The notes below the pieces were generated by a model. The model did not search any database. It saw only the letters and a program-made list of their open reading frames with translations, and was not told where the DNA came from. A stretch of DNA of 64,000 nt from Octopus bimaculoides (lineage: Eukaryota). How positions within the stretch are numbered: position 1 is the stretch's first letter; each line of letters begins with the position of its first letter. The DNA lies in NCBI RefSeq assembly GCF_001194135.2, contig NC_068997.1:11176662-11240661 (forward strand), read 5' to 3'. The position numbers and the translations under genes are program-made. This document shows positions 15,280 to 27,540 of the stretch, in pieces.

Positions 15280-15799
15280 ATGTTTATGAGACTGGAAGTG
15301 TACGAGAAGATTAAAATAGTGTTAATTGTTTTCCTTTACTTACTATGTTTAAGAGGAAATGTGAGACCATTAATCAGTCAAATCTGGTTTGAAGAAACGA
15401 ACAAATAAATCTTTCACTTAAGCTGGTATACGTAGAGTTAGATGTATTCCACTAGTCGAAATAAATATAGGTGAATAATACGGATTTAGAAATTTCCTTT
15501 GTCCGCTTTTGAAATTGTCTCCAACTAATTCTTCTCATAAATCTGATGACAGACCCAGTAATAGGTGTTTGTACACTTTTCAGAATTTTTGATTCAATAA
15601 ATACTTGTTTAACAAATTGATCACGTAAAGTATTAATGAAATCTCCAGTTCGCACCTAATTTGCTTCTCATTATTTCTTCACACTAATTTGAAATTTTGT
15701 ATATAATTGGGTAAAAAAATGTCTTACTTGAATAGCAGAATAGTATCGGAAAGTACCAGATTATGCGTATACATCAGCACTCTTTTGGTCCGGTAGTAT

Positions 15800-16092
15800 A
15801 TATCACGGTATTTATTAGACTATAGAATGTTGTTATACGTTGCTTGTCACATTGTGTTTTGCGTTGCTTTACTCTTCGTAAGGTACAACTCTGCTGACTA
15901 GACGAGCAGGCTAACATTCTCCATAATTCGAAAAGTAATCCGTCGAAGGCTTACAGTTTACAGTTGAGTGAACTGGAGCAACGTGAAACGAGGTGTTTTA
16001 CTGAAGAATACAGACCGCCATCCGGTCCGGGAATCAAGCTCGCGATCTAGCAAACCTCAGTGCAACAGCCTAACTACTTGCCCTTGCGCCCT
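15800..16092 (-). mobile_element. Degenerate tRNA-derived SINE
   Basis: Minus strand reads gggcgcaagggcaagtagttagg (A-box-like), ttgattcccggacc (B-box-like), then cacctcgtttcacgttgctccagttcactc and gcctgctcgtctagtcagc body motifs. Confidence 0.6.
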
Positions 16093-16348
16093 TACACAGA
16101 GGCGGTGCCATGTCCATTGAGGTAAATCCGAGTCGTGGTTATTGCTAGTTGAAATACTATATATATATACATACATACATATATATATATATANNNNNNN
16201 NNNNNNNNNNNNNNNNNNNNNNNNNNNNNNNNNNNNNNNNNNNNNNNNNNNNNNNNNNNNNNNNNNNNNNNNNNNNNNNNNNNNNNNNNNNNNNNNNNNN
16301 NNNNNNNNNNNNNNNNNNNNNNNNNNNNNNNNNNNNNNNNNNNNNNNN

Positions 16349-16389
<41 letters not shown>

Positions 16390-16429
16390 GTGTATGTATC
16401 TATGTATGTATTATACGATGACAGCGTTT

Positions 16430-16800
16430 CAGGACATAGAAATGTGTATGCCTGAAACGAAAGTTTTAAAATTAGTCGAACAACCGGGACGAACATGGTG
16501 GAATCCTTGATGCCCATATACATTCCTACTGTGAATGTTGAACCTGCTCGGGAGATGAATTTTTGCCGCATCAACGAGTGACCATCGAAGAGGCAGCATG
16601 TTTTTTTTTGCAATTTACTTACTGCCGCCCACACACTTGAAACCATTGAGAAATTGGTTTCTGAGTTGGTGGAACTCTCTGTATACAATTGAGATTGCGC
16701 CACATTCCATTATCGCCTCTTTCGTCGCCTTAGATTTCCTTTACGTGGATGTTGATTTGCTAAATGAGAGCAAGTGCAGAAATCGCTGCATAAAGGCTGT
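16430..16800 (-). mobile_element. Possible highly decayed Tc1-like transposase relic
   Basis: SVWAAVSKLQKKT resembles the Tc1-family VMVWAAVS motif; otherwise weak. Confidence 0.25.
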
Positions 16801-17734
16801 GCGACCAGCAGAAAATCATTTTCTCCAATGTATTAAGCAATCTTATAGATCGTCGGAAGTACTGCGCCTTCACCAATATAATAACCAATATTAGGGACCG
16901 CATCGAAATGCAAGCAGGAAAATGAGATAACAGTTCAATGTGTGTGAGTTTGTAAAACTATACGTACTGAAGACGAAGACAAGTACAAGTGTTAGTGAGC
17001 GTGTTTTTTTTTAACTGACTTCAAATATATTATGTAATAGAGTAATACTTTCTTTATATAACCGTTTCTACTCATATCAACATGTGCCAGGGTACTGAAG
17101 TTACGTTGAAGTCTATAATATATATATAAAAGCAGAACAACTATAAAGTACTGCTCTATAACTAATCTTATATCGCATGATTAAGGTCTATTTTCAGATC
17201 TCTCTAGTGGCTTGCCAGTATTCATTGCATCAAATCTACACGTTTCAGGAGACAATGGCATTTAATCTACTGCTTTCGCAGACGATCCCTTTTATCACTG
17301 AGTCAGCAAACAGTGACATATGTTGTCAAAGAAAAAAAGACAGGAAAACGTTTATTAAGTCATTCGGTAAAGTAACTCGAGAAAGTAATCGCGAACGTGT
17401 TGCTCACATTGAGAAAATAATATATTTCTTATATGTTCAAAGGGGAAGCACGAAATTATGGTGATATTCAGAAATTTCAAACTAGACACAATAGACACAA
17501 TATTGGAAAGATTTTCTTATGAACATTTGTATTACAAAATTTCCTGATTTTAACGATTAAATCGAAACGATGCTGGACGATCTACGAAGCTGATCCACTG
17601 CTAGAAATGTGAAGTGAATCTGCAAATAATACGAAATGTTTTAAATTTGGTAACCTGTATTGCATATTCTCGTTCTAGAGAATATTGCATACTCTCATTT
17701 TATTCTTCACCACTTCCACATCTGCAAATTCCTT

Positions 17735-18277
17735 AACACCAGTGATGACCTTCGAAAAAAAGTCCGGACCAACTTGCAACTGTTTTTTCAATTCACGACA
17801 CGCATTTAGTCGTGGCTGGTTTTGATCTTCTGCGATGAAGCGAGGCCCAAATTTTTCTGCAATTATTTTCCTCACTCCAAAGTCCTTGGCAGGATATTCA
17901 GAACACACCAGTCATATAAACAAGTTCCTCAATTGTTTAGTGACGGTCCTCTAAGATCATGAGCAAGACTTATGTTTTGCTCATGGTGGCAGCGTTCTTG
18001 TAAGCTGTTTGAAGCATGACGACTCTTTCGGTTTTCGCAGAAATCATAATTTCTTGGAAGTACGCTGTTCCTTCGTTTCAGCCATCGCAAAAAATCGACG
18101 AACAGAGGGGAAGCACAGCAAAACAAAGACGCATCACGTGGCAATATGACGTAACTAGACACTGCCAGTTGGCAGAGGGATGTCTCAGAAATGCATCAAA
18201 TGGATCTTAGTGGAGCTTGAACTACAATAGGTTTGCCCCACAGAGAAAGGTCCCAGTTAGTTTTGGTTATCCCCTCA
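17735..18277 (-). mobile_element. Mariner transposase 5' fragment with one TIR
   Basis: Frameshifted MAETKEQR..., MLQTAYKNAATMSKT and FGVRKIIAEKFGPRFIAEDQNQPRLNACRELKKQLQVGPDFFSKVITG (HTH, WVPR-like linker, start of first-D motif). TIR ta|tgaggggataaccaaaactaac at the 18277 end. Confidence 0.85.
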
Positions 18278-19533
18278 TATATACATTTAAATGTGCATGT
18301 GTATGTGTAAGTGTATGTATATATATGTATGTATGTATGGTCAAAATGTATAGAAAAAAACAAAAGTCTAAGACAGGTGTATGAACAATAAGAAAATGTA
18401 TTAGTTTGATCCTGGAAAAGGAAGCAGAAGAGACTTACAATGAACATCCACCTTTGAATAAAGCACGTGAAAGAATACAAGCTATCAGGCATATGCTTAG
18501 AACTCTGTCCAGTATTATAAAATTGATGACTACCAATTGCATTACTTCTCTATGTGAGACGAAAACACAATGTAATGCCCGGAATATTTGACACAGCTAT
18601 TACAAGAACAAAATATTATATTTCTAATCTGTATAATAAATACAAAAGTTTTCCATTTTCCATACGTACATGACTATGAATATAAAATAATTTATATACA
18701 TATATCTACATGCATACATCTATTTCAAATATAATATATATCACAATTATGTTTAAAAGTTAGTAATCGCTGGTTTGGTAAAAAAAGAATCAACTCCACT
18801 AGGAACGACTATGTAATTTCACGTAATTACTCTTCATAACATAAGTATCATTAAGAAGAAAATATTGCTACTTCTCTGCCAAGTCAATTACTTTCCCCAA
18901 TGACTTTGCGATTCATTTATAGAAGTAACAACAAACGTATTCAGTGTTATTAGCAAGACGTTTGTTCAGATGTCGCAACGTAACTTTTATTAATCAATTT
19001 TGAAAGCGTTAGCACTGTTTTTTTTTATGTATCGTTGTTCAGTTATATGATAACACAAAATTTCCCAACGCTGCACCTAATATATCCGGGTATATGATAT
19101 TTCTTTTTTATATGTGTTCGTAGGTGAGTCTGTGTGATTACGAGTGTATGTATATATATANNNNNNNNNNNNNNNNNNNNNNNNNNNNNNNNNNNNNNNN
19201 NNNNNNNNNNNNNNNNNNNNNNNNNNNNNNNNNNNNNNNNNNNNNNNNNNNNNNNNNNNNNNNNNNNNNNNNNNNNNNNNNNNNNNNNNNNNNNNNNNNN
19301 NNNNNNNNNNNNNNNNNNNNNNNNNNNNNNNNNNNNNNNNNNNNNNNNNNNNNNNNNNNNNNNNNNNNNNNNNNNNNNNNNATACATATTTACACACACA
19401 CACATATATATGTATATGCATATAGATTTAGATTTAGATTCAAAATTGAATATGATACTTATGTTTAGACACCAGAATATAGTTTGGTATTATCCAAAAA
19501 CCATTCTAAAAGCAAGGTGATCAAAAAATCAAA

Positions 19534-19924
19534 ATAAGCAACACGGATTTTAAAGATGATTGCAGTACGCACGTTTCATGCTACTCCATTTATTTAAGTA
19601 ATGCGAGCATTACATTAAATGCAATATGTAGAGCAATCTACAGATGTACAGAAATGTAGAAAATTACAGTTGAATAGACATATTATAATTGTGGCAACAT
19701 TTAAAATTCAAGTGGGAAGAAGAATACATAAAAATCCATCTTGACAAAGCCAAGGCTAGCAGGCCACAATTATAACATATCTATTCTACTGTAATTTTCT
19801 ACATTTCTGTGCAGCTGAAGATTGCTCTACACATTGCATTTAATGTAATGCTCGCATTACTTAAATAAATGTAGTAACATGAAACGTGCTTACTGCAATC
19901 ATCTTTAAAATCCGTGTTGCTTAT
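19534..19924. repeat. Long inverted repeat / fold-back MITE: 162-bp arms, 67-bp spacer
   Basis: 19534-19695 is the reverse complement of 19763-19924, with 10 mismatches and no indels by hand alignment; TA at both ends. Confidence 0.95.
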
Positions 19925-20734
19925 ATATTCACTCATATACACACCCATATATGTATATATATATAGATAGATAGATAGATCGATAGGTACAAACATGTAT
20001 CTGTGTACGTACATTTACCTTTTACAAATACATATACCTGAAAGCTATTATAGAACTATGTTGTTCATGTAATGTCTCCTCGTAATTACATTATGTACTA
20101 CAAGAAGGAACAATTCCTTCCTTTCTCTAAATATATATTATCTTTTACGACGTATAAAGTCGAATGTATGCCTCGAGATATAGAATTTAAACCACATATT
20201 TCTTTATGTGAAAGGATTATAAATATCTCACTCCGATTTCATTTAATACATACGAGTATTGCAGGATATTACAGAATTATTTCAATACGCTCCTTTAAGC
20301 GCACACGGCTTTTCTTATGTTTTGGAAAGCCAGCGGGTAATATCATTATCTAATTTTCGTTATTCATAATTCACCTCAGTAATGACATTCACAGAGATAA
20401 CAATAAAATCAGAAACGAATTCATCTTAGTCAAATATTTCATATAGAATTATTTCATAAATTTACCATTGGCAGTGAAGGTATAGTTGTTTTATCTTTAG
20501 TGTAAATTTAATTTCTCATTCAATTTCTTAACACTTTGTCCTATATTTCACGTCTTTCAGCAAAATGCATGACGATAATACATTCACATAGCACACATAA
20601 CATTCGCATTTCATTTACGTCTGTCTGGAGTTGAAAGTTATACATAGATACATATAAAGCTTAATATATAAAAAAAACAGGGGGCAACTAGAAATTCAGG
20701 AATATACTCTTCGTATTTTCTGAAATTATGTAAC

Positions 20735-20995
20735 TATGGAATTCGGGATGGAAGAGTGTGCTATGTTGATTTGAAGATTTGAAGGAAACCAGGGAATTGA
20801 GATGCCATATGGTAAAACAATGATTGAAGTGGAAAAAAGGGTAGTACTATAAGTATTTGAGAATATTGGAGGCTGATAAAATAATATATGAAGAGATGAA
20901 ACAAATTATTAAAAGGTAGTATACAAGAAAACTGAGAAAAATATTACTGGGAAAGTGGGATATAAAAAATATTATTTAAGCGATAAATTCAAGAT
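20735..20995 (+). mobile_element. R4/Dong-type (RLE) LINE, late-RT/thumb fragment
   Basis: EFGMEECAML...GIEMPYGKTMIEVEK..YYKYLRILEADKIIYEEMKQIIKR*YTRKLRKIL...AINSR matches MEFGxxKCA...YKYLGILE...KEYxRRLRKIL...AINS of this clade. Confidence 0.8.
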
Positions 20996-21570
20996 CAGTC
21001 CCATATTGTGTTCCTCCTTTTGCAGTCGCTAAGTACAATCTTGTCTACCAGGAGTTGATCCTTGGTACCTCTACACTCACGCTTCAAACCCTTCTGTTCA
21101 TGTGGCAGGACTCTATTTTTTTTGTCCAGTCAAAAATTTCCACTTAAGTGGCAAGTAGGATATCGGCTTGTAATTTTCTACCGTATTGCATTTTCCGATG
21201 TTTTTCAAGCACAGCACCCTCCCAGCAATTGTCAAACACTCTGGTGTTACTTGGTCGGCATTGAACAAATGTGTTGCGTTGTACAGCTATTCGTGCATGT
21301 CATCTTTTGATCCAGTTGTCGTGAACTCCATCTGGTCTCTGCGCCTTCCCAGTTGCCTATTTGTTTGCTGATTTCCTGCACTTCCCTAACTGAAATGCCC
21401 AGTTCTGCCTGTTTTGGGACAAACTGCTGTTCGTTTCAGTTCTTGCAACCATTCAGTATCCTGCTTGTTCTCCTTGACTTTGCTCCAGATGTCACTCCAA
21501 AACCTTTGACTTTCAATGATATCTGGTATCAACTTTTCATCTGTACACTCTCCATTTATTTTGTTGTAGA
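20996..21570 (-). mobile_element. R4/Dong-type LINE, pre-RT and early RT fragment
   Basis: FYNKING...LIPDIIESQRFWSDIWSKVKENKQDTEWLQELK...[33 protein letters not shown]...[32 protein letters not shown] (frameshifted). Confidence 0.85.
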
Positions 21571-21975
21571 ACTATTAGGCACTCTTGTTTGTCCCTCCTA
21601 AAGGTTACTATACCCAGCCTTCAGTGCTCTAATACCCTGTCTGGAAATCAAAATCCCAGATTATTATTGCCTTCCTTCTTCCGGTGCATGCTGGTACCGA
21701 TCACCCGTAACCTCATATCCATACTTACAGCATAATAGCCAGTGGAGGTTTGGACTACCTTATCGTGTCTACGCTTGTACTCTTTCTGCACAAGACTGTC
21801 ACAAGCACTAACAATATGAGTCACGCTTTCGACCCTTTTCCCACACATTCTGCAGAGGTCTGTTGCACTTGTGATATATATTCTTTTTCACTGCGTTGGT
21901 ATTCAATGCCTGGTCCTGGGCAGCGATGATTAAGCTTTCAGTATTCTTTTTTTAGGTCACCTCCATGATACTTTC
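21571..21975 (-). mobile_element. R4/Dong-type LINE, C-terminal CCHC zinc knuckle and start of restriction-like endonuclease
   Basis: GDLKKNTESLIIAAQDQALNTN...LCRMCGKRVESVTHIVSACDSLVQKEYKRRHDKV..., then a WDFDFQTDRVLEH-like motif and RDKQECLIV. Confidence 0.9.
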
Positions 21976-22026
21976 TGTTTTCTAATTTGTTGGTTTCACA
22001 GTCGAACTGACCATTAATATAATATT

Positions 22027-22071
22027 AATAATAATAATAACAATAATGATAATAATAATAATAATAATAAT

Positions 22072-22160
<89 letters not shown>
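22027..22160. repeat. (AAT)n followed head-to-head by (ATT)n, a self-complementary trinucleotide microsatellite
   Basis: AAT run about 22027-22072, ctc, ATT run about 22076-22160. Confidence 0.95.
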
Positions 22161-22161
<1 letters not shown>

Positions 22162-22329
22162 GAGGATGATGTTGCGTAACATGGAAGACATTTATCTAAG
22201 TATGATATTCTGTAAAAGCAAACAACATACATCATATTATTTGACTACACACGCACATAGACACATACCTACCCACGGACGAATATACATATTTGTGTGT
22301 ATGTGTGTGTACATAAATATTCGATAAAG

Positions 22330-22485
22330 AAAGAAGTGATCTGAGATTAAAAGCTTCGAAAGTCAACTTTGTACTCCACCCCCCTCCCTTGTTCGATAAT
22401 TCAAAGTACCAGTGAAATACTAAGATCAATTCAGTCGAGTGAAACCCTCCGTCAGAATTTCCAGCTTTATGGCTAAACCAGAAAT
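22330..22485 (+). mobile_element. Degenerate SINE related to the 46.0-46.6 kb family
   Basis: gtcaactttgtactccacc...ttcgataattcaaagtaccag aligns to gtcgactttgcctttcatcctttcggggtcgataaataaagtaccag at 46.1-46.6 kb. Confidence 0.55.
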
Positions 22486-23182
22486 TATTGTAACTGAAGA
22501 TGACTTCAGAATTTGTTTCTTTTCTCTATCGAAACAAGAAGAAAAGTTATGTAATTTTAAAAATCATTCATTTTATTCAAAATGCAGGTAATGGAATGGA
22601 AATTTTAATTTGATTTATTTTTTATCTCTCTATAACAAATATTCTCAAATATTTCCATATTTTCATTGACGTTTAAGCAAAGATTTATAGACTTAAAATT
22701 ATAAAAGTTGATAATGGTTATTCAAATTCAAGAAATAGAACAAAATTTAATACTGGCTACGAGAAAGAAAATCTACTGGTATTTCAACAAGTTAATATAT
22801 ATTGCTTAGACCACACGTAAGAAGTGTGCGTTTAAGTGATCATTATACTTGTCCCGTAATATTTTTTTACTTTATTATTTGGATGTTAATTTTACGTCCA
22901 AGTAGACAATTATGACATCTCTAGCGCACCTTGAAGCAGTAAGCCTGTAATTATTCTAAGACATATAGTTTTTAATAACTTTAGGAAGGAAAATATGATG
23001 CAATTTAATGGCATCTTATTCGGTAAATTATACTGAGTGTAACATGGGAATGAATTGGAAACTTTGGACAAGCAATGACAAAATGATATTCACACACGCA
23101 CAAACAATCACACACACATACACACACATCTCACATACACACAGAGGCACAGACACAGACACACAAATATATATACAAATAT

Positions 23183-23219
<37 letters not shown>

Positions 23220-23597
23220 NNNNNNNNNNNNNNNNNNNNNNNNNNNNNNNNNNNNNNNNNNNNNNNNNNNNNNNNNNNNNNNNNNNNNNNNNNNNNNNNN
23301 NNNNNNNNNNNNNNNNNNNNNNNNNNNNNNNNNNNNNNNNNNNNNNNNNNNNNNNNNNNNNNNNNNNNNNNNNNNNNNNNNNNNNNNNNNNNNNNNNNNN
23401 NNNNNNNNNNNNNNNNNNNNNNNNNNNNNNNNNNNNNNNNNNNNNNNNNNNNNNNNNNNNNNNNNNNNNNNNNNNNNNNNNNNNNNNNNNNNNNNNNNNN
23501 NNNNNNNNNNNNNNNNNNNNNNNNNNNNNNNNNNNNNNNNNNNNNNNNNNNNNNNNNNATATATATATATATATATATATATAAAGGTACAGAGATC

Positions 23598-23628
<31 letters not shown>

Positions 23629-26600
23629 GTGTATGCGGCTATATTTGTCTCCAGTTGTGTATAGCGGGTATAAGTGTGTTCGTTTTCTCATAGTGCGGTA
23701 TATGTGTGTTTTCCCTTTCCTTATAGATGAAGGTATCCGTGAATTATGTAGCAATGAACATACATATTTTCATGCGAAAACATGCATGAACAATCTTCAT
23801 CTTATAATTATAGGAGAATTTCCCTGTTTATAGTGTGCAAATGTCAGTATGGTTCAACACTTGCTCGTAACATTTATTATATAATATTCCTTAGCAAATT
23901 ACATGTCCGATGGTTATATGTTATTATCTGTGCTATTCGGAGTTGTTAGTATTGACATGTATCAGCAGCATTTCTGGCTTATTTCATCATTAATCTCTGT
24001 TAAGCAAATCAAATATAGAAACATTTATATTTTTCAAAATATTAAGTACAGTTTGATATGCGAAAACAATGTCAAAACGCTTGACTGATGCTAACAGCAC
24101 CTCCAAAATTATACTGAGATAACCGCGTCTACAAACAATGGCAGTTCTCGTGTCACTAAGCATACTTTCCTGCAAAATCCCAGTCTTTATTTAAGTAACA
24201 GTTTCGTAAATATTTAATAACACTCTGTGATGTGATTTATGTTTTGTGATTGTTAACTGTTTCTAACACAAACAGATTCAAATGTAGAATGAAAGGTATA
24301 TTTTCAGGCAGCCACCTGAAGCTAAAAAGCTATGTTTTCTTTTATGATGGTTGCTGATACATTTGAGATATAGCCTTAATGCAATTGTACCATCATTGAC
24401 AGAGGATTGTGTATTTGTAGTCCCTAGAAAATAAATATTTCTTTGTCACAGTTGTCTAAATGTATATGTTTTCAGAATATTTTAAACAGTAAAATATGGA
24501 AACCTCTAATAAGGATGGAACCGTGCACAAAAGATGACATTACAAATGTACATATTTTTATTTTCAATGTTAGAATACTCAATGTATGTATATGTGTATT
24601 TTGTACTTTACTGATATATGTTTATATGTGCAGGTAAAATACATTCTTGTATAATATATGCACCCACTGAAACACACATATATATATGTACTTGTGCGTG
24701 TGTTTCTGTATGTGTATGAAAGCGTATATATATGTGTGTGTGGGGTTGTACATATATATGTTTACATGTACACACAAACGTACATATATGTGTGTATGTA
24801 TGCATATATATATATATATANNNNNNNNNNNNNNNNNNNNNNNNNNNNNNNNNNNNNNNNNNNNNNNNNNNNNNNNNNNNNNNNNNNNNNNNNNNNNNNN
24901 NNNNNNNNNNNNNNNNNNNNNNNNNNNNNNNNNNNNNNNNNNNNNNNNNNNNNNNNNNNNNNNNNNNNNNNNNNNNNNNNNNNNNNNNNNNNNNNNNNNN
25001 NNNNNNNNNNNNNNNNNNNNNNNNNNNNNNNNNNNNNNNNNNNNNNNNNNNNNNNNNNNNNNNNNNNNNNNNNNNNNNNNNNNNNNNNNNNNNNNNNNNN
25101 NNNNNNNNNNNNNNNNNNNNNNNNNNNNNNNNNNNNNNNNNNNNNNNNNNNNNNNNNNNNNNNNNNNNNNNNNNNNNNNNNNNNNNNNNNNNNNNNNNNN
25201 NNNNNNNNNNNNNNNNNNNNNNNNNNNNNNNNNNNNNNNNNNNNNNNNNNNNNNNNNNNNNNNNNNNNNNNNNNNNNNNNNNNNNNNNNNNNNNNNNNNN
25301 NNNNNNNNNNNNNNNNNNNNNNNNNNNNNNNNNNNNNNNNNNNNNNNNNNNNNNNNNNNNNNNNNNNNNNNNNNNNNNNNNNNNNNNNNNNNNNNNNNNN
25401 NNNNNNNNNNNNNNNNNNNNNNNNNNNNNNNNNNNNNNNNNNNNNNNNNNNNNNNNNNNNNNNNNNNNNNNNNNNNNNNNNNNNNNNNNNNNNNNNNNNN
25501 NNNNNNNNNNNNNNNNNNNNNNNNNNNNNNNNNNNNNNNNNNNNNNNNNNNNNNNNNNNNNNNNNNNNNNNNNNNNNNNNNNNNNNNNNNNNNNNNNNNN
25601 NNNNNNNNNNNNNNNNNNNNNNNNNNNNNNNNNNNNNNNNNNNNNNNNNNNNNNNNNNNNNNNNNNNNNNNNNNNNNNNNNNNNNNNNNNNNNNNNNNNN
25701 NNNNNNNNNNNNNNNNNTATATATATACATAAAGACCAAAAACATTCATTTGTTTTTATTTTAAATTTCTGGATAGTAGCCATTTATTATAAATGACCAA
25801 ATTTTAGCATAAATGCTTTTGTCAGCTATTAGATAAAAAAAAGGCGATAAAATTTGCCTGGTGAACGACTTGTTGTCGAAACAAGATTTTATTTCACCTG
25901 CAGGCGTAGTCTCTTGAAATATTTGTACATTCTCCCTACAACATACCTCACAATAGTTTGATAAATCATTAAATGCTGGTGCACAATCCAGCATGTCCTA
26001 TGCTTTCCTGTATTTCAGAAATCTAAAATATATAATGATTGCTCTGTAACTTGCATTAAGAAAAATATATATATATATATATGACCATGACATGCACATT
26101 TAGCACTGTAGAATTATCAGATACCGAAACTTAAAGTGTAGTTAATGTCCGATGATTAGGTGACAAAAATGCCGTTTATGTTCTAACTAGGTGTGGATGC
26201 TTCCATTTAAATGTAATACATTAACAAGTTTAATTTGACTGCCCTTAGAAGTAACTCTTCGCCTCGGATACGACATACAGTGAACAATGTCAAATGTTTA
26301 GTAAACAAGCGTTTGTTTAAAATTTTTGTTTTCAACACACCAATTTGAAATGTGCTGTATTAAAAGAACATAAAATAAATATCAATACTCCACCGGAAAT
26401 CCCCTGTAAAAAACTCGCATTAAAGGAATATAACGAAGTAATGGGATTGTCAACAAAAGAAAAATTAACTAAACATTAATAATACATACAATAAAAGCAA
26501 TGATAATATCGTTACAATGTTACTTCAAAAAGCGCTCTTCTCATCATGTATATTATATTGAGTGGAGTTCGAAATAATACGAGTATGCAGTGGGGATTTC

Positions 26601-26833
26601 GCTACAGCCAGCTACATATAAAAAATGGGGAAGAAAAAATTATTTTAAGTAATGTCATGTGATGCTGGCTGCCACATGAACATGAAGGCAAAGAGGAAAA
26701 CAGGAAAAAAAACACACATTCACATATAAGAAGACGCCAACGGTGATATAAACTCTGAGGCACACACATGATTTCACGCACACGTACGCACGCACACACA
26801 TGTGCGCACACACACACATGTGCGCACACACAC

Positions 26834-26938
<105 letters not shown>

Positions 26939-26944
26939 CACATG

Positions 26945-26975
<31 letters not shown>

Positions 26976-27459
26976 ACACACATATATATATATATATATA
27001 CATATATACATACGACGTGCTTCTTCCAGTTTTNNNNNNNNNNNNNNNNNNNNNNNNNNNNNNNNNNNNNNNNNNNNNNNNNNNNNNNNNNNNNNNNNNN
27101 NNNNNNNNNNNNNNNNNNNNNNNNNNNNNNNNNNNNNNNNNNNNNNNNNNNNNNNNNNNNNNNNNNNNNNNNNNNNNNNNNNNNNNNNNNNNNNNNNNNN
27201 NNNNNNNNNNNNNNNNNNNNNNNNNNNNNNNNNNNNNNNNNNNNNNNNNNNNNNNNNNNNNNNNNNNNNNNNNNNNNNNNNNNNNNNNNNNNNNNNNNNN
27301 NNNNNNNNNNNNNNNNNNNNNNNNNNNNNNNNNNNNNNNNNNNNNNNNNNNNNNNNNNNNNNNNNNNNNNNNNNNNNNNNNNNNNNNNNNNNNNNNNNNN
27401 NNNNNNNNNNNNNNNNNNNNNNNNNNNNNNNNNNNNNNNNNNNNNNNNNNNNNNNNNNN

Positions 27460-27490
<31 letters not shown>

Positions 27491-27540
27491 ACACACATAT
27501 ATATATATATATATACATATATATACTTCGAAATGGATGC

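Noticed and set aside
17113-17140. tctataatatatataaaagcag resembling a Helitron 5' end
   Set aside because: Not preceded by A, and no 3' hairpin plus CTRR end was identified
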